A stretch of DNA of 63,615 bases, the filler included, from Nemertoderma westbladi (taxonomy: Eukaryota > Animalia > Xenacoelomorpha), in the NCBI GenBank assembly GCA_032718475.1. It is 3 parts of 3 records of this genome, joined end to end, with 100 filler letters (N's around TTAATTAATTAA, not from the genome) between each part and the next. Parts side by side here need not be neighbours in the genome. Positions count along the whole stretch, not along the records: positions 1 to 22,596 come from JAUCBJ010003204.1; 2 more parts are not named here. One strand, 5' to 3'. Position numbers and translations under genes: made by a program. The notes below the pieces were generated by a model, which was given only the letters and a program-made list of their open reading frames with translations, had not been told where the DNA came from and did no database searches. Positions within the stretch are counted from its first letter, which is position 1. The number at the start of each line of letters is the position of its first letter. Positions 1-9,936 of this stretch are shown here, one piece after another.

Positions 1-2
1 GA

Positions 3-215
3 GGCCTTTCCAATAAACTGAGTCCGAGATATTCCAATCCTGGAATTGTTACAGAAAGGCCCTTTGATCAAGTTGGCATTTTAGCTGATGGTAGATCTAT
101 AAATATCAGGGATTGTAAAATTATTGATATTTCTGGTGAAGGGGGTATCCTATCGTTATCCTACAAAAGATTTATTTTTCAATTTAAACAAATTAAATTT
201 AAAGTTGTTATATAA
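3..215 (+). pseudogene. Ty3/gypsy integrase C-terminal (GPY/F-like) remnant
   Basis: Frame 3 reads GLSNKLSPRYSNPGIVTERPFDQV..., resembling the KL.PRY.GP..V motif after gypsy integrase; truncated by the window edge. Confidence 0.4.
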
Positions 216-329
216 ATATGTTGCCATTACTTTTATCTATATTTACCGAATGGGGTATATACTCTTACCAAGTTATCTAAAATGTAAATATTCACAAACG
301 CTTCTGTCCATGGTTGAATGACTCGGAAT

Positions 330-1045
330 TAAAATAATTATCACCTCCCTTTCTATAAATCTGTATAAATCTGTAAATAGTCTCCCATGCAAGTATGTAT
401 GAAATTTATGCACGGCCCATTTTAAAGCCAATAACTCCATATCTGTTGTGGAACATCTTTTTTCTGTAGCCGTCAGTTTATGAGAGGCATATGCTATTGG
501 TCTTTTATCCATTGTATGTACAGTAGGTTGACATAACACTGCTCTAATCCCTACTGAACTTGCATCGATTTCTAATACAAATGGTGCCGTACTGTAAAGT
601 CCACCAAGCGCAACACCACATTTTCACCATGTGAGCATGCTTTCAAATGTGAAAATCCTCGTCTGCATTCCTCATTAAATTTGAATTCATTAGCTGGTAG
701 AGTTTGAGCTGTATAGAGCGGCGCTGCAATAGTTGCATAATTAGGTATAAATTTGGAATCGTAACCGCACATACAGTACCTGTGAATGTCTGCAATTGTT
801 TCGGTGTTTTAGGTTTTAGGTTCATTATATTGCAGTTGGCCTATACCCTGAATCTTCACGGGATCAGATTTCATTAAGCCATTTTCAAATATAAATCAAA
901 ATATTTTTATAGAAGGATCACCAAATGAACATTTATTTGGGTTTAATTTCCATCCATCTTCTAATAATCTTGAGAAAATATTTTCTAACATATCGATGTG
1001 TTCCGAAACAATTGTAGATGGAATTACAATATCATCTACTGTAAA
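330..1045 (-). pseudogene. Decayed Ty3/gypsy pol (RT C-half, connection, RNase H)
   Basis: Frameshifted pieces in canonical order: VDDIVIPS...GWKLNPNKCS, PKTPKQLQTF, FIPNYATIAAPLY, RPIAYASHKLTATEKRCSTTDMELLALKWAVHKFHTYLHGR. Confidence 0.85.
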
Positions 1046-1548
1046 TAAGGATCAGGTAATTGCTTTGAGTTTTCTGGTAAGTAATCGTCAGTTTTTCTAA
1101 CAATTTGACGAATTTTTCTCTGAAATAATGGTGGGCATCGGTGAATGCCATAGGTTACATACATTGTACTTGACTTGTATACAGTACAGCAGACTAAATT
1201 GTATAAATTTAATTTACATTGTAGGCAGCCTGTGCACTATACAGTATGGTTCTATTGTTACTAAAAATATTATACTTACTGTAGTTTTAGATTATATAGT
1301 TTTAGAATGACATAGTTTAAACTAGAAATAACAGTATCAACAAATCACTATACAGTGAAGACTGGAAGGTTGAAGACTAACTGCGGTATACAGTAACTGG
1401 TGCAGTATCGATGGAGACACATTTTTCAAACGCTTAAAGTATTGTAACTGAATGAAAGCAAAAATAAAAATTCTGACTCACCCACGCGCAGGGGGAGTTA
1501 CTGTACGTGAAATTATCTCTATTTCAAATTTCATTGCAATCTCATTAA

Positions 1549-1579
<31 letters not shown>

Positions 1580-2002
1580 TTGGCCTACGTGAATAAAACA
1601 CTATATTCTAGGATATGGTGTACAGTGTAGTAGTAGATATGACTACAGGCCCATCGGTACATGATACTGTTTAAAAATTAATATTAATAGCAGAATATAG
1701 AAAGAATAATAACCAATGCACGCACTCTGAAGTCATATAGTACACAGGGGAGACATGATAGCTCTGGCAATAGAATATATCATCGACATATTCTGTAACC
1801 AAGAAAATGTTGGAAATACTCAATTTTGAATTTAAAATTGTACAGAAAATTTACGTTATTGTTGGTTTTGTTTTAGAAATATTTCTAAAATAGTTATTTA
1901 AAAATTTAGAAATTGTAATTTATATTTATAAATTACACTAAAGACACCGAGGTACAAGTTTTGACACCATCAGAGACATTACAGACACAATCAGTTCAGT
2001 AG

Positions 2003-2694
2003 TTAATCTTCTTCTTGTTTCTCTAGTTGCAATACTTCATCGAGGACTTGGTCCAACTGTCGGACTGTTAAGTAACTCCGATAGTATCGGACGTGAGCCA
2101 TCAATCCTGGAAATGTATCCCTGGATATGTGTATGGGCATCGGTCTTTCCCGTCTCCCAATTAGAAGATTCAGCGAGTCTTTATCCGATCTCGTTGTATC
2201 TACGATTAGATTCCCCTGCTCGAATATCTTGTGTTCCGTGCTATCTATACTGCGGCTGTACAGATACCTCTTATTGGCAGTTGCACTCCATGCCACAGCT
2301 ACCATATACCATTGGTCTATAGAGATTGAGTCGACCAAGATGAATATATCTGCTTGGCAACAGTAGTAAAGTGTTGTTGTACCGCGCCAAACCCAGAAAT
2401 GTGATCCACTACTCGAACTATTGCCAAATTCTAATATTGGTCCACCTGAACTGGTCGTCTGCTTTATAAAAGCAATCATAGTAAACGTTTCTGTTTGCAA
2501 CTCATTGCCATGAGAGATGGAAACATACCCACTACCGAAATCGGCTGACTGCCCTTCAACGTCTCCTGGCCCTTTGTTATATACCAGGTTGCCATGGATA
2601 CTACCATTGAGTTGTCCTAATTTGTCATTACCTTTGTATATGAAACTCAATGGCCAATAAGCAACCAGCTTTGTTTGTGGAGAATTTGACTCCG
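2003..2694 (-). CDS. LamG/concanavalin-A-like (pentraxin-type jelly-roll) domain protein, terminal exon
   Basis: KLVAYWPL...NGSIHG...GPG...SADFGSGYVSI...FTMIAFIK...QWYMVAVAW...LLIG...FPGLMAHVRYY..YLT..QL pattern; acceptor ttttttttcag|CGG at 2695/2694, so the ORF-track start lies in the intron. Confidence 0.8.
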
Positions 2695-2769
2695 CTGAAA
2701 AAAACAATATTTGAGTAATTTAAATGAGGATATGTCTGTCATAATGGGAAGTAATACTGTATTTGGGGA

Positions 2770-3426
2770 TGTGACGGGATCGGAGATCCCGACCGGGTTA
2801 GAAATGTACGCGTCACCGTTCTGCTGGGCAGTCGTGCTACTTACTTTGGCCGAAGGCCATTGGGAAAAACAATAAGAGTTTGTGTTGTTTCTCAATATTG
2901 ATTAACATAGACGATAATAGCACGTCAGTAATGATACAGATACAATAGCAGAAAATACAGATTAATTGCTGTTAATGGCGGTGACGGTCATTAACTATGA
3001 CTGGTCTGCACTGACTGAATAACTCAACTGACCGGTAAATCAGTAATGTAGGATAATATATGGTAAACACACATTGATATTGATTTCACCTCTTACTGTA
3101 CTTTGGCCCCCTGTACCCAATGGATGCTTTCCTATCTCTAACCATGTACTTACTTCCCTCCCCACCATTGGCTAATATACTAATTGTCACTTTGGCACTC
3201 CCTGTGAGTGTTTCCCCCCGCTGCTAGCCTCTACTAGCTGTGTTCCCTCCGAGGTGGTTTGAACTCTCACCTTTCTCTGTGGCTTTAGGGTGTGTGTCGC
3301 CCCCCCCCCCCAAAGTTGGTTATGATACGAGATTAATATTAGTAATCTCGTATCCCCAACATATTGCTAAAATGCCACTGGTCCCATTTTCTGGTGGATA
3401 ATGAAGTGGAATTGAATCCGCTTACA
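2770..3426 (-). repeat. 3' LTR (657 bp)
   Basis: TGTGACGGGATC...AATCCGCTTACA; near-identical to 14683-15338 (about 18 substitutions and a few indels by eye). Confidence 0.95.
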
Positions 3427-3435
3427 CTTCCCCCC
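3427..3435 (-). promoter_or_regulatory. Polypurine tract
   Basis: Minus strand GGGGGGAAG directly abutting the 3' LTR; next to a perfect 11-bp hairpin ATGCTATCTTC/GAAGATAGCAT. Confidence 0.8.
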
Positions 3436-4217
3436 ATGCTATCTTCCCGATGAGAAGATAGCATCAACCTTAAGTGCGCTTCAATTCCGCTGGAACCCAA
3501 TCTAATATTGGGTGTGGGGTGGAGTTCTTTTCTCGGGGTCGGCTTTCCAGGCCACCCCCTTTGGGTATGTTATTGCTACCCCTCCTTGGTGCAATCGCAA
3601 GCTATGTCGCACCAAGGTATCTGATGTCTCTATTTGAGACAATTGTGGACTCTCTTCACACAATTTTCTAGATCCTCTCTCTAATCCCACTCTCGGACCC
3701 CTCTGTCCCTTATTCTCTCTCTCTGACCTCACTGTCCCTTACTCTCCCCTTACTGCTCGCTCCCCACATTCGAATTGCACTGCTCTCACTTCCACGCATG
3801 TCAACACCTCCTCTCCATACTTCTCTCGTATTCAACCCACCTTTGTTCTCACTCTTCATGCACTTATTGGGCCCCACACATGTGTGCATCATGTTAGCGG
3901 GGTCCGTCTAAGTCTCGTCCTGCTGTTCTAGTCAATTAGTCCCCTAACTTTATTTTATTTTTTATTTTTTTTTGTGTTAACCCCTTGTTCGCGGTATTTC
4001 ACTTTATCATAACGCGAGTTACATATTTTTTGGATTTATTTTTTATGAATGTGCCAATATCAGTACTGGGTGCGGGAACATAAAATTTGGGTACATTCGA
4101 TAGACTGGGGGTGATTTATGGGCGAATATTGGGGCGACTTACGGGGCACGGGACTCATATCAGTTATTTAATCTGATATGGTGGGAGGCAAAATCAAGCA
4201 ATACTCTCAGCTGTCAG

Positions 4218-4905
4218 GATTGCCAGAGGTATTTAGGCCTAGACAACCTCCTTCTACTTCGGTAGTTGGTAACCCGCTAGGCCTGGGGACAAGGACTGCC
4301 CTTAGCAGTTCCTGGCCACCAGCGGCGATTACGAGCCTGAAAAGGATTCGGAAAGCTTAGCTGATTGTGCCAGGGATTTGCGATGTGACTTGACAGATCC
4401 TTAGCAGTTCCCGGTGCATTGGCTATGACTGAGCCTGAAAGGGACTCGGGCGGAGTCTTCGCATTGGGGACTTGCGAAGGATCGACTGACTGGACGGAAA
4501 GGAAGGGTTCGACGAGGACTGACTTCCTGGCGTGGGTTCCACGACTGGCATTAGTACGAGCCTGAAAGGGACTCGGAAAGCTCCAACAGTTGGGACACAC
4601 AACGGGCCGACAGAACCCTAGCTAAGCCGTACCGCTTTCCTGATGACCGATCTCTTCGGGGTTCGGGAAGGGTGGGACGGGCATGCGACAGGGTCGACAG
4701 ACAGAGGACCGGACTCTACTGGCCTACCGACTATTCGGAACAGGTTCTCGGCTACCGACGCGATTACGAGCCTGAAAAGGATTCGGAAAGCTTAGGTGGT
4801 TGGGTTCCTGCGATGAACCGACGGACCCCCTAGCTAAGCCGTACCGCTTTCCTGATGACCGATCCCGTCAGGGTTCGGGAAGGGTGGGACGGACATGCGA
4901 TGGAT
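4218..4905 (+). ncRNA. Array of six paralogous ~85-95-nt RNA hairpins (function unknown)
   Basis: Repeated apical GAGCCT-GAAA-(A/G)GGA(T/C)TCG stems; cUUCGg loops at ~4258 and ~4655; shared basal UAGC...UGCGA motif in most units; compensatory changes; many G-U pairs that form only on the + strand. Confidence 0.65.
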
Positions 4906-5327
4906 CGACCGACACTGACACTACGGTACCGGGACTAGGACTGAGGGAAAATGGGGAACAATAGTTATGTCAAAATCTGAAAGCGAACAGTGGTTAATTA
5001 AATAATTTACTGTAGGAATTTATATTTGTGTATTATTGTGAATATTTGGTATATTGGTGTGGGGAAGCCCAAATTATTCTCATTCAGGGTTCAATCAGAG
5101 TTCAAGTTACATTAAAGATTATATCCAACCTATGAAACTTTTTATCTACCCGCAATCCTGCATCTCAGATAAAATCCTTCTCCACTCCCAATATCTGGTG
5201 ACTGGCCAGGATAAAGTGGTCTGAAAATTCCGCCTCCAGCATCGGCGTTTTCCCCCCTGGTGTCGGGAATAACAACAACACCCCTGTCTGTGCTATTATC
5301 TTATCTACCTTCCTACTTCATTCTTAC

Positions 5328-5950
5328 TATGTACCCTACTACTACTATGCTATGCCTACATACCCTTTACTTTCTTACTACGTGGTACTCTCGGTGCCCA
5401 CAACTTTTAACTTCTATGGTACTATGTACCCTAAGACTGCTACTACTTCTATGGTATACCTACATATCATACCCTTCACTCTCTTACTACGTGGCGCTTT
5501 CGGTGCCCACAACCCCTCTGCTACTACATCTATGGTATACCTACATACCATACCCTCTACTCTCTTACTACGTAGCGCTTTCGATACCCACAACCTCTAA
5601 CTCTCTCGGTTCTATGTACCCTACTACTACTCTCGTGGTATGTCTATATACCACACTCCCTAATCTCTAACTTAACTCTCCTCTTACTCTCACTAACTTC
5701 TAACTCTCCTCTTACTCTTACTAACTTCTACTAACTTTCTAACTTCTTACTAACTCTTACTAACTTCTAACTCTCCTCTTACCCTTACTAACTTCTACTA
5801 ACTTTCTAACTTCTTACTCTTACAGTACTATGTACCCCGCTACTCTCGTGGTATGTCAATATACCACACTCCCTAACTTCTAACTGCCTATGGCACTATG
5901 TACCCTGCTACTCTCGTGGTATGTCAATATACCACACTCCCTAACTACTT
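5328..5950 (+). repeat. Degenerate tandem repeats with small hairpins and a TACTAAC-rich block
   Basis: Recurring TATGTACCC...CTCGTGGTATGTC(T/A)ATATACCAC units; 5665-5820 is CTAAC/TACTAAC-rich. Confidence 0.8.
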
Positions 5951-6099
5951 ACCTAGTGCTACGTATTATCTACTACTATTATTTTCTACTATCTCACTAC
6001 TTATTTTATTATTTTCGTATTATTTATTTTTATATTTTTGTGTGGGAAGGGCGTCTCGCCCTCATTCCCACCCCCCTCAGTCCAACATATTGCGTCGAG

Positions 6100-7002
6100 G
6101 CGTTTATGGGTGGCTTAACCTTAGTGAGCGCTTTGTGCCGTTGTATAGTTCTTATGAGTGTTATCTAAGCCTCGGTATACCTGCTGCATAGCAGGAACAC
6201 TCACTTTAATATATATATCTTAACGAGATTTAGAATTAGTTACTGTAAGTATGATGCCTCAGCATTTACGAACTGCTTCAAGGGGGCGCGATAATACGTG
6301 TAAACCGTTCCGTTATATTGTGTTGTTGGCTAGTAAATGTACGTGTGATTTACATATATAGCAGGTTGGACACTACGGTGGTCTAGTGCGTGGTAAGCGC
6401 ACAATTCATTCGAATCACTTGCATCGCTGGTAAATAGGTGACTAGTTGGGAATAATATAACAATACTGTGGACTCACACATTCGCATTAAATGAACCGAA
6501 TCTTATTACTGACAGGGCACACTTACATTTATTGTGTGGAAATCAAGTTGGTTGATCTTTAGTCCAATATATTCATCAACAAGTAGTGCAAATATCAGTT
6601 GTTAATTGCAAGTAATTAGATTAATATTAGAAGTGACTAGTTGCAATAAAGTGATTAGGTAAATATTAAGAACCACTGTAACTAAAGTGGCACAATGGCG
6701 CTTATAAAATCAATACAAATTAACCTAAGGTGCTATTTAGGTTAAGCCAAGTGGCCTGTGAGGGTTGACAACGAATATATACGATGCCCAGTGAGACAGA
6801 ACAGCCAATAAGACGCAGGAATACCAACTCCGGCAGCTACCAATGAGAGTTCAGTAATACTATAACCGTTGTTAGGCAACAATATAAACAACCTTATAGG
6901 CCATTCAATACATTCGAAGCACAAATGTTTTACGCATGGAAATCGAATAATAATACAATAAAAATATAAGGTTTCTGTATACAGTTAGCATTGGCAGCAA
7001 AA
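6100..7002 (+). repeat. ~0.9-kb internal direct repeat, copy 1
   Basis: GCGTTTATGGGTGGCTTAACC...TTGGCAGCAAAA matches 9001-9926 with scattered substitutions and indels. Confidence 0.95.
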
Positions 7003-7056
7003 CCGTTCCCTGAAATCATGTACAAGTTCTCAACACAATCCAATACAATGTGTTAA

Positions 7057-7630
7057 GGGGGGGGGGGGGGGGGGGGTACCCCCCCCCCCCCCTCCCCCTC
7101 AGGTTAAATTTATATGGCCTATAGAACAAGCATAATATTTCGGTTTGTGATAAAAAAAAACGTATCATACTCGTTACAATATAAGTCAATATCAGTCCTA
7201 CATGTAAAAATATTAATTTCTAGACGCCCCCTAGCGGCAAACGATATAATAACGTTTTTTATTTGAATTGCTAGTAGTCTACCAATCTTGAATGAAAAAT
7301 TTAGGATTCGCATTTAAAGTGTTCTCAAATATATAACATTAAATAATTCTAGTACCAAATTTTGAAAAAAATTTTAAAAAATTTTATATTTATTTTTTTA
7401 TAAATTTTGCCCTCATTTTTGCAACAAAACAGGACCTTTTTACGAAAAGTCTGATGTCAGTTTTAATGTTTGGTGGAATCTAGTCTGTCTGTCTGTCTGT
7501 CGGTCGTCTGTATTTCATACAATTTGACGGACAGACCGACATACGGAAAAACAACGATAACTCTAGAACTAAAAGACGTCTCACTAAGCGGTTTTCAGAT
7601 TCGAACTTCTCACTTCCCCCCCCCCCCCCC
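7057..7630. mobile_element. Possible non-autonomous DNA transposon with TTAA TSD (Kolobok-like)
   Basis: TTAA-G(n)...C(n)-TTAA boundaries; internal CTGT/CAGAC motifs resemble the repeat family at 52.3-54.9 kb. Termini are homopolymers, so support is weak. Confidence 0.4.
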
Positions 7631-8063
7631 TTAAATGATGTAATATTGAGTTTTTTCTAAAATTTACACCGAAATAAGTATATAAACTTTCAACAATAAT
7701 ATCAATACTCGTTACATACAATTAAATATAATAAACAATCCAACTAAATTAAACGGGTTAGTTATGGTAGGTCAACTTTCTCATATAAACAATGAAGTCT
7801 GTTAGGTCACTTCCGGTGAAACTAGGTAAATATTAAACCACCTTTCAATAATACTAGGGTTTGACACATTTACTAATGTTCTCTAGGTACGTAAGTAAGA
7901 AATATGAGTCATATTATCTCTTTAGGTACTAATATACTGAATTTCAGCTTTACTACATATATATATAAAAAAATAAATATTGCTTATTATCTACAATGTG
8001 ATAGTTTGCGAACAGGTACGGGGATTTTACAAAGTTCGGCAGGCTAACTAAAATAATCTTATA

Positions 8064-8495
8064 TTATTGCTTTCGCTTGGGGTGTTTAGGAGTACTACGC
8101 ATAAAGAGTCGTTTCCTCCTTTTTGCAGGTGTCGGGGGAGCGGGCAACACGAGGTTGTCGCTCAAAATCGTCTCGTCAGGACCTGGGTGTATGTCTACCG
8201 TATCAGGCGCCGGAGAACTCGGATGGTCGGTATATGTTCCAGTGGAAGTGCCGGGCAAGGACGGGAACTCAGCTGGTCTCGTGGCTTGTGAGTCGACAAC
8301 CGGTCGACGGAATCCCAGTTCCGGGGTAGCGGCTAAGCGCTTCCGCACGGCGGTGTGTACTGGCCCGGAGGGGGCAGTTTGGGTCGCGATACCAAACGGA
8401 GCCTGTTGGCTGAGGAAAATTCTCGGAGGCACAACGTGTGAGACCGGTCCCTCACGATGAACGTGTTCTTGTAAGGCTGGGAGCTGTGGAAGCAA
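8064..8495 (-). CDS. Pro/Thr-rich ORFan with basic C-terminal NLS-like tail
   Basis: 143-codon open frame ending PAKRRKRLFMRSTPKHPKRKQ; no ATG start; good acceptor ttgcttccacag near its 5' end. Confidence 0.35.
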   Translation of the reverse strand: MLPQLPALQEHVHREGPVSHVVPPRIFLSQQAPFGIATQTAPSGPVHTAVRKRLAATPELGFRRPVVDSQATRPAEFPSLPGTSTGTYTDHPSSPAPDTVDIHPGPDETILSDNLVLPAPPTPAKRRKRLFMRSTPKHPKRKQ

Positions 8496-8569
8496 CTCGG
8501 GATGTCTTTCCAGGAAGTGGGGACCATAGAAAGGGCTTTAATTAATTTGATTATGTCGTAAGACGTTAC

Positions 8570-8929
8570 ATGTTCAGGATGTATGCACCGTTAGAATTAA
8601 ACATAACTGGAAACTCTACTAACTGGACGGAGTTAATTAGGAGATCAAACGAGTTGGGTGCCTCCTCATACGACAATAATTATCTGGAGGTTTCAAAAAT
8701 AAACGTCGGTAATGTTCGCATTCCTTACTCTAAAGTGATAGATGAGAGAAAGTTCAAAGTTACCTTGGAAGCAACCTATTTCCCAACTGTTACAGATCCG
8801 CAGGCAGCATTAGGGTTCTTATCAGATACATTAAACACTGCAATGAATTCGGCGCTATCTAAATCAGAAAAGAAGAAAGCACGTAGTCCTACTACTACTG
8901 TAGCTACAGTCGGTGGGAGTCGCTCTTAA
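8570..8929 (+). CDS. 119-aa ORFan, globular-looking alpha/beta pattern
   Basis: ATG-initiated; alternating hydrophobic strands (LELNIT, KFKVTLEATY) then an amphipathic helix (PQAALGFLSDTLNTAM) and basic tail; no family recognised. Confidence 0.5.
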   Translation: MFRMYAPLELNITGNSTNWTELIRRSNELGASSYDNNYLEVSKINVGNVRIPYSKVIDERKFKVTLEATYFPTVTDPQAALGFLSDTLNTAMNSALSKSEKKKARSPTTTVATVGGSRS

Positions 8930-9000
8930 ATAACCACGACCTAAAAGCCGTTTGGAAAGCGATCGGGTGGAGTGGGGAAATCAAAGACTCGAGTATATCA

Positions 9001-9926
9001 GCGTTTATGGGTGGCTTAACCTTAGTGAGCGCTTTGTGCCATTGTATAGTTCTTATGAGTGTTATCTAAGCCTCGGTATACCTGCCGCATAGCAGGAACA
9101 CTCATGCAAGTTTGGGGGTATATATATATTATCTAATATATATATCTTAACGAGATCTAGAATTAGTTACTGTAAGTATGATGCCTCAGCATTTACAAAC
9201 TGCTTCAAGGGGGCGTGATAATACTTGTAAACTGTTCCGTTATATTGTGTTGTTGACTAGTAAATGTACGTGTGACTTACATTAGCCTTAGCAGGTTGGA
9301 CACTATGGTGGTATAGTGCGTGGTAAGCGCATAATTCACTCAAATCACTTGCATCGCTGGTAAATAATAGTCACTAGTTGGGAATAATATAACAATACTG
9401 TGGACTCACACATTCGCATTAAATGAACCGAATCTTATTACTGACAGGGCACACTTACATTTATTGTGTGGAAATCAAGTGATCTTTAGTCCAATATATT
9501 CATCAACAAGTAGTGCAAATATAAGTTGTTAATTGCAAGTACTTAGATTAATATTACAAGTGACTAGTTGCAATAAAGTGATTAAGTAAATATTGTGAAC
9601 CACTGTAACTAAAGTGGCACAATGGCGCTTATAAAATCAATACAAATTAACCTAAGGTGTTATTTAGGTTAAGCCAAGTGGCCTGTGAGGGTTGACAAAT
9701 ATATACGATGACCAGTGAGACAGAACAGCCAATAAGACGCAGGAATACCAACTCCGGCAGCTACCAAGGAGAGTTCAGTAATACTATAACCGTTGTTAGG
9801 CAACAATATAAACATCCTTATAGGCCATTCAATACATTCGAAGCACAAATGTTTTACGCATGGAAATCGAATAATAATACGATAAAAATATAAGGGTTCT
9901 GTATACAGTTAGCATTGGCAGCAAAA
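9001..9926 (+). repeat. ~0.9-kb internal direct repeat, copy 2
   Basis: Matches 6100-7002; contains the intact 61-aa ORF 9708-9893. Confidence 0.95.
9708..9893 (+). CDS. 61-aa small ORF downstream of structured RNA
   Basis: MTSETEQPIRRRNTNSGSYQGEF...; copy 1 (ATG 6784) has TGA in place of GGA at codon 21. Confidence 0.3.
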   Translation: MTSETEQPIRRRNTNSGSYQGEFSNTITVVRQQYKHPYRPFNTFEAQMFYAWKSNNNTIKI

Positions 9927-9936
9927 TATTGGACGA

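Noticed and set aside
4425-4452. SECIS element (ATGA...AAA...GA)
   Set aside because: The helix above ATGA is too short, the 3' GA is not consistently present, and there is no upstream selenoprotein ORF.
4640-4670. CTGATGA-stem-GAA as a hammerhead ribozyme (also ~4852)
   Set aside because: Followed by GAAG, not GAAA; no stem I/III plus NUH arrangement found; the flanks pair with each other as one long hairpin.
5260-6191. Hydrophobic Tyr/Leu/Thr ORFs
   Set aside because: Arise from low-complexity CTA/TAC repeats; open in several frames with no coherent protein.
6100-6750. Group I or group II intron
   Set aside because: No GUGYG start or domain V; P/Q/R/S-like words are weak and out of order.
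6100-9926. Nested LTR retrotransposon bounded by the 0.9-kb repeats
   Set aside because: No TG...CA ends, TSD, PBS or PPT; treated as an internal duplication.
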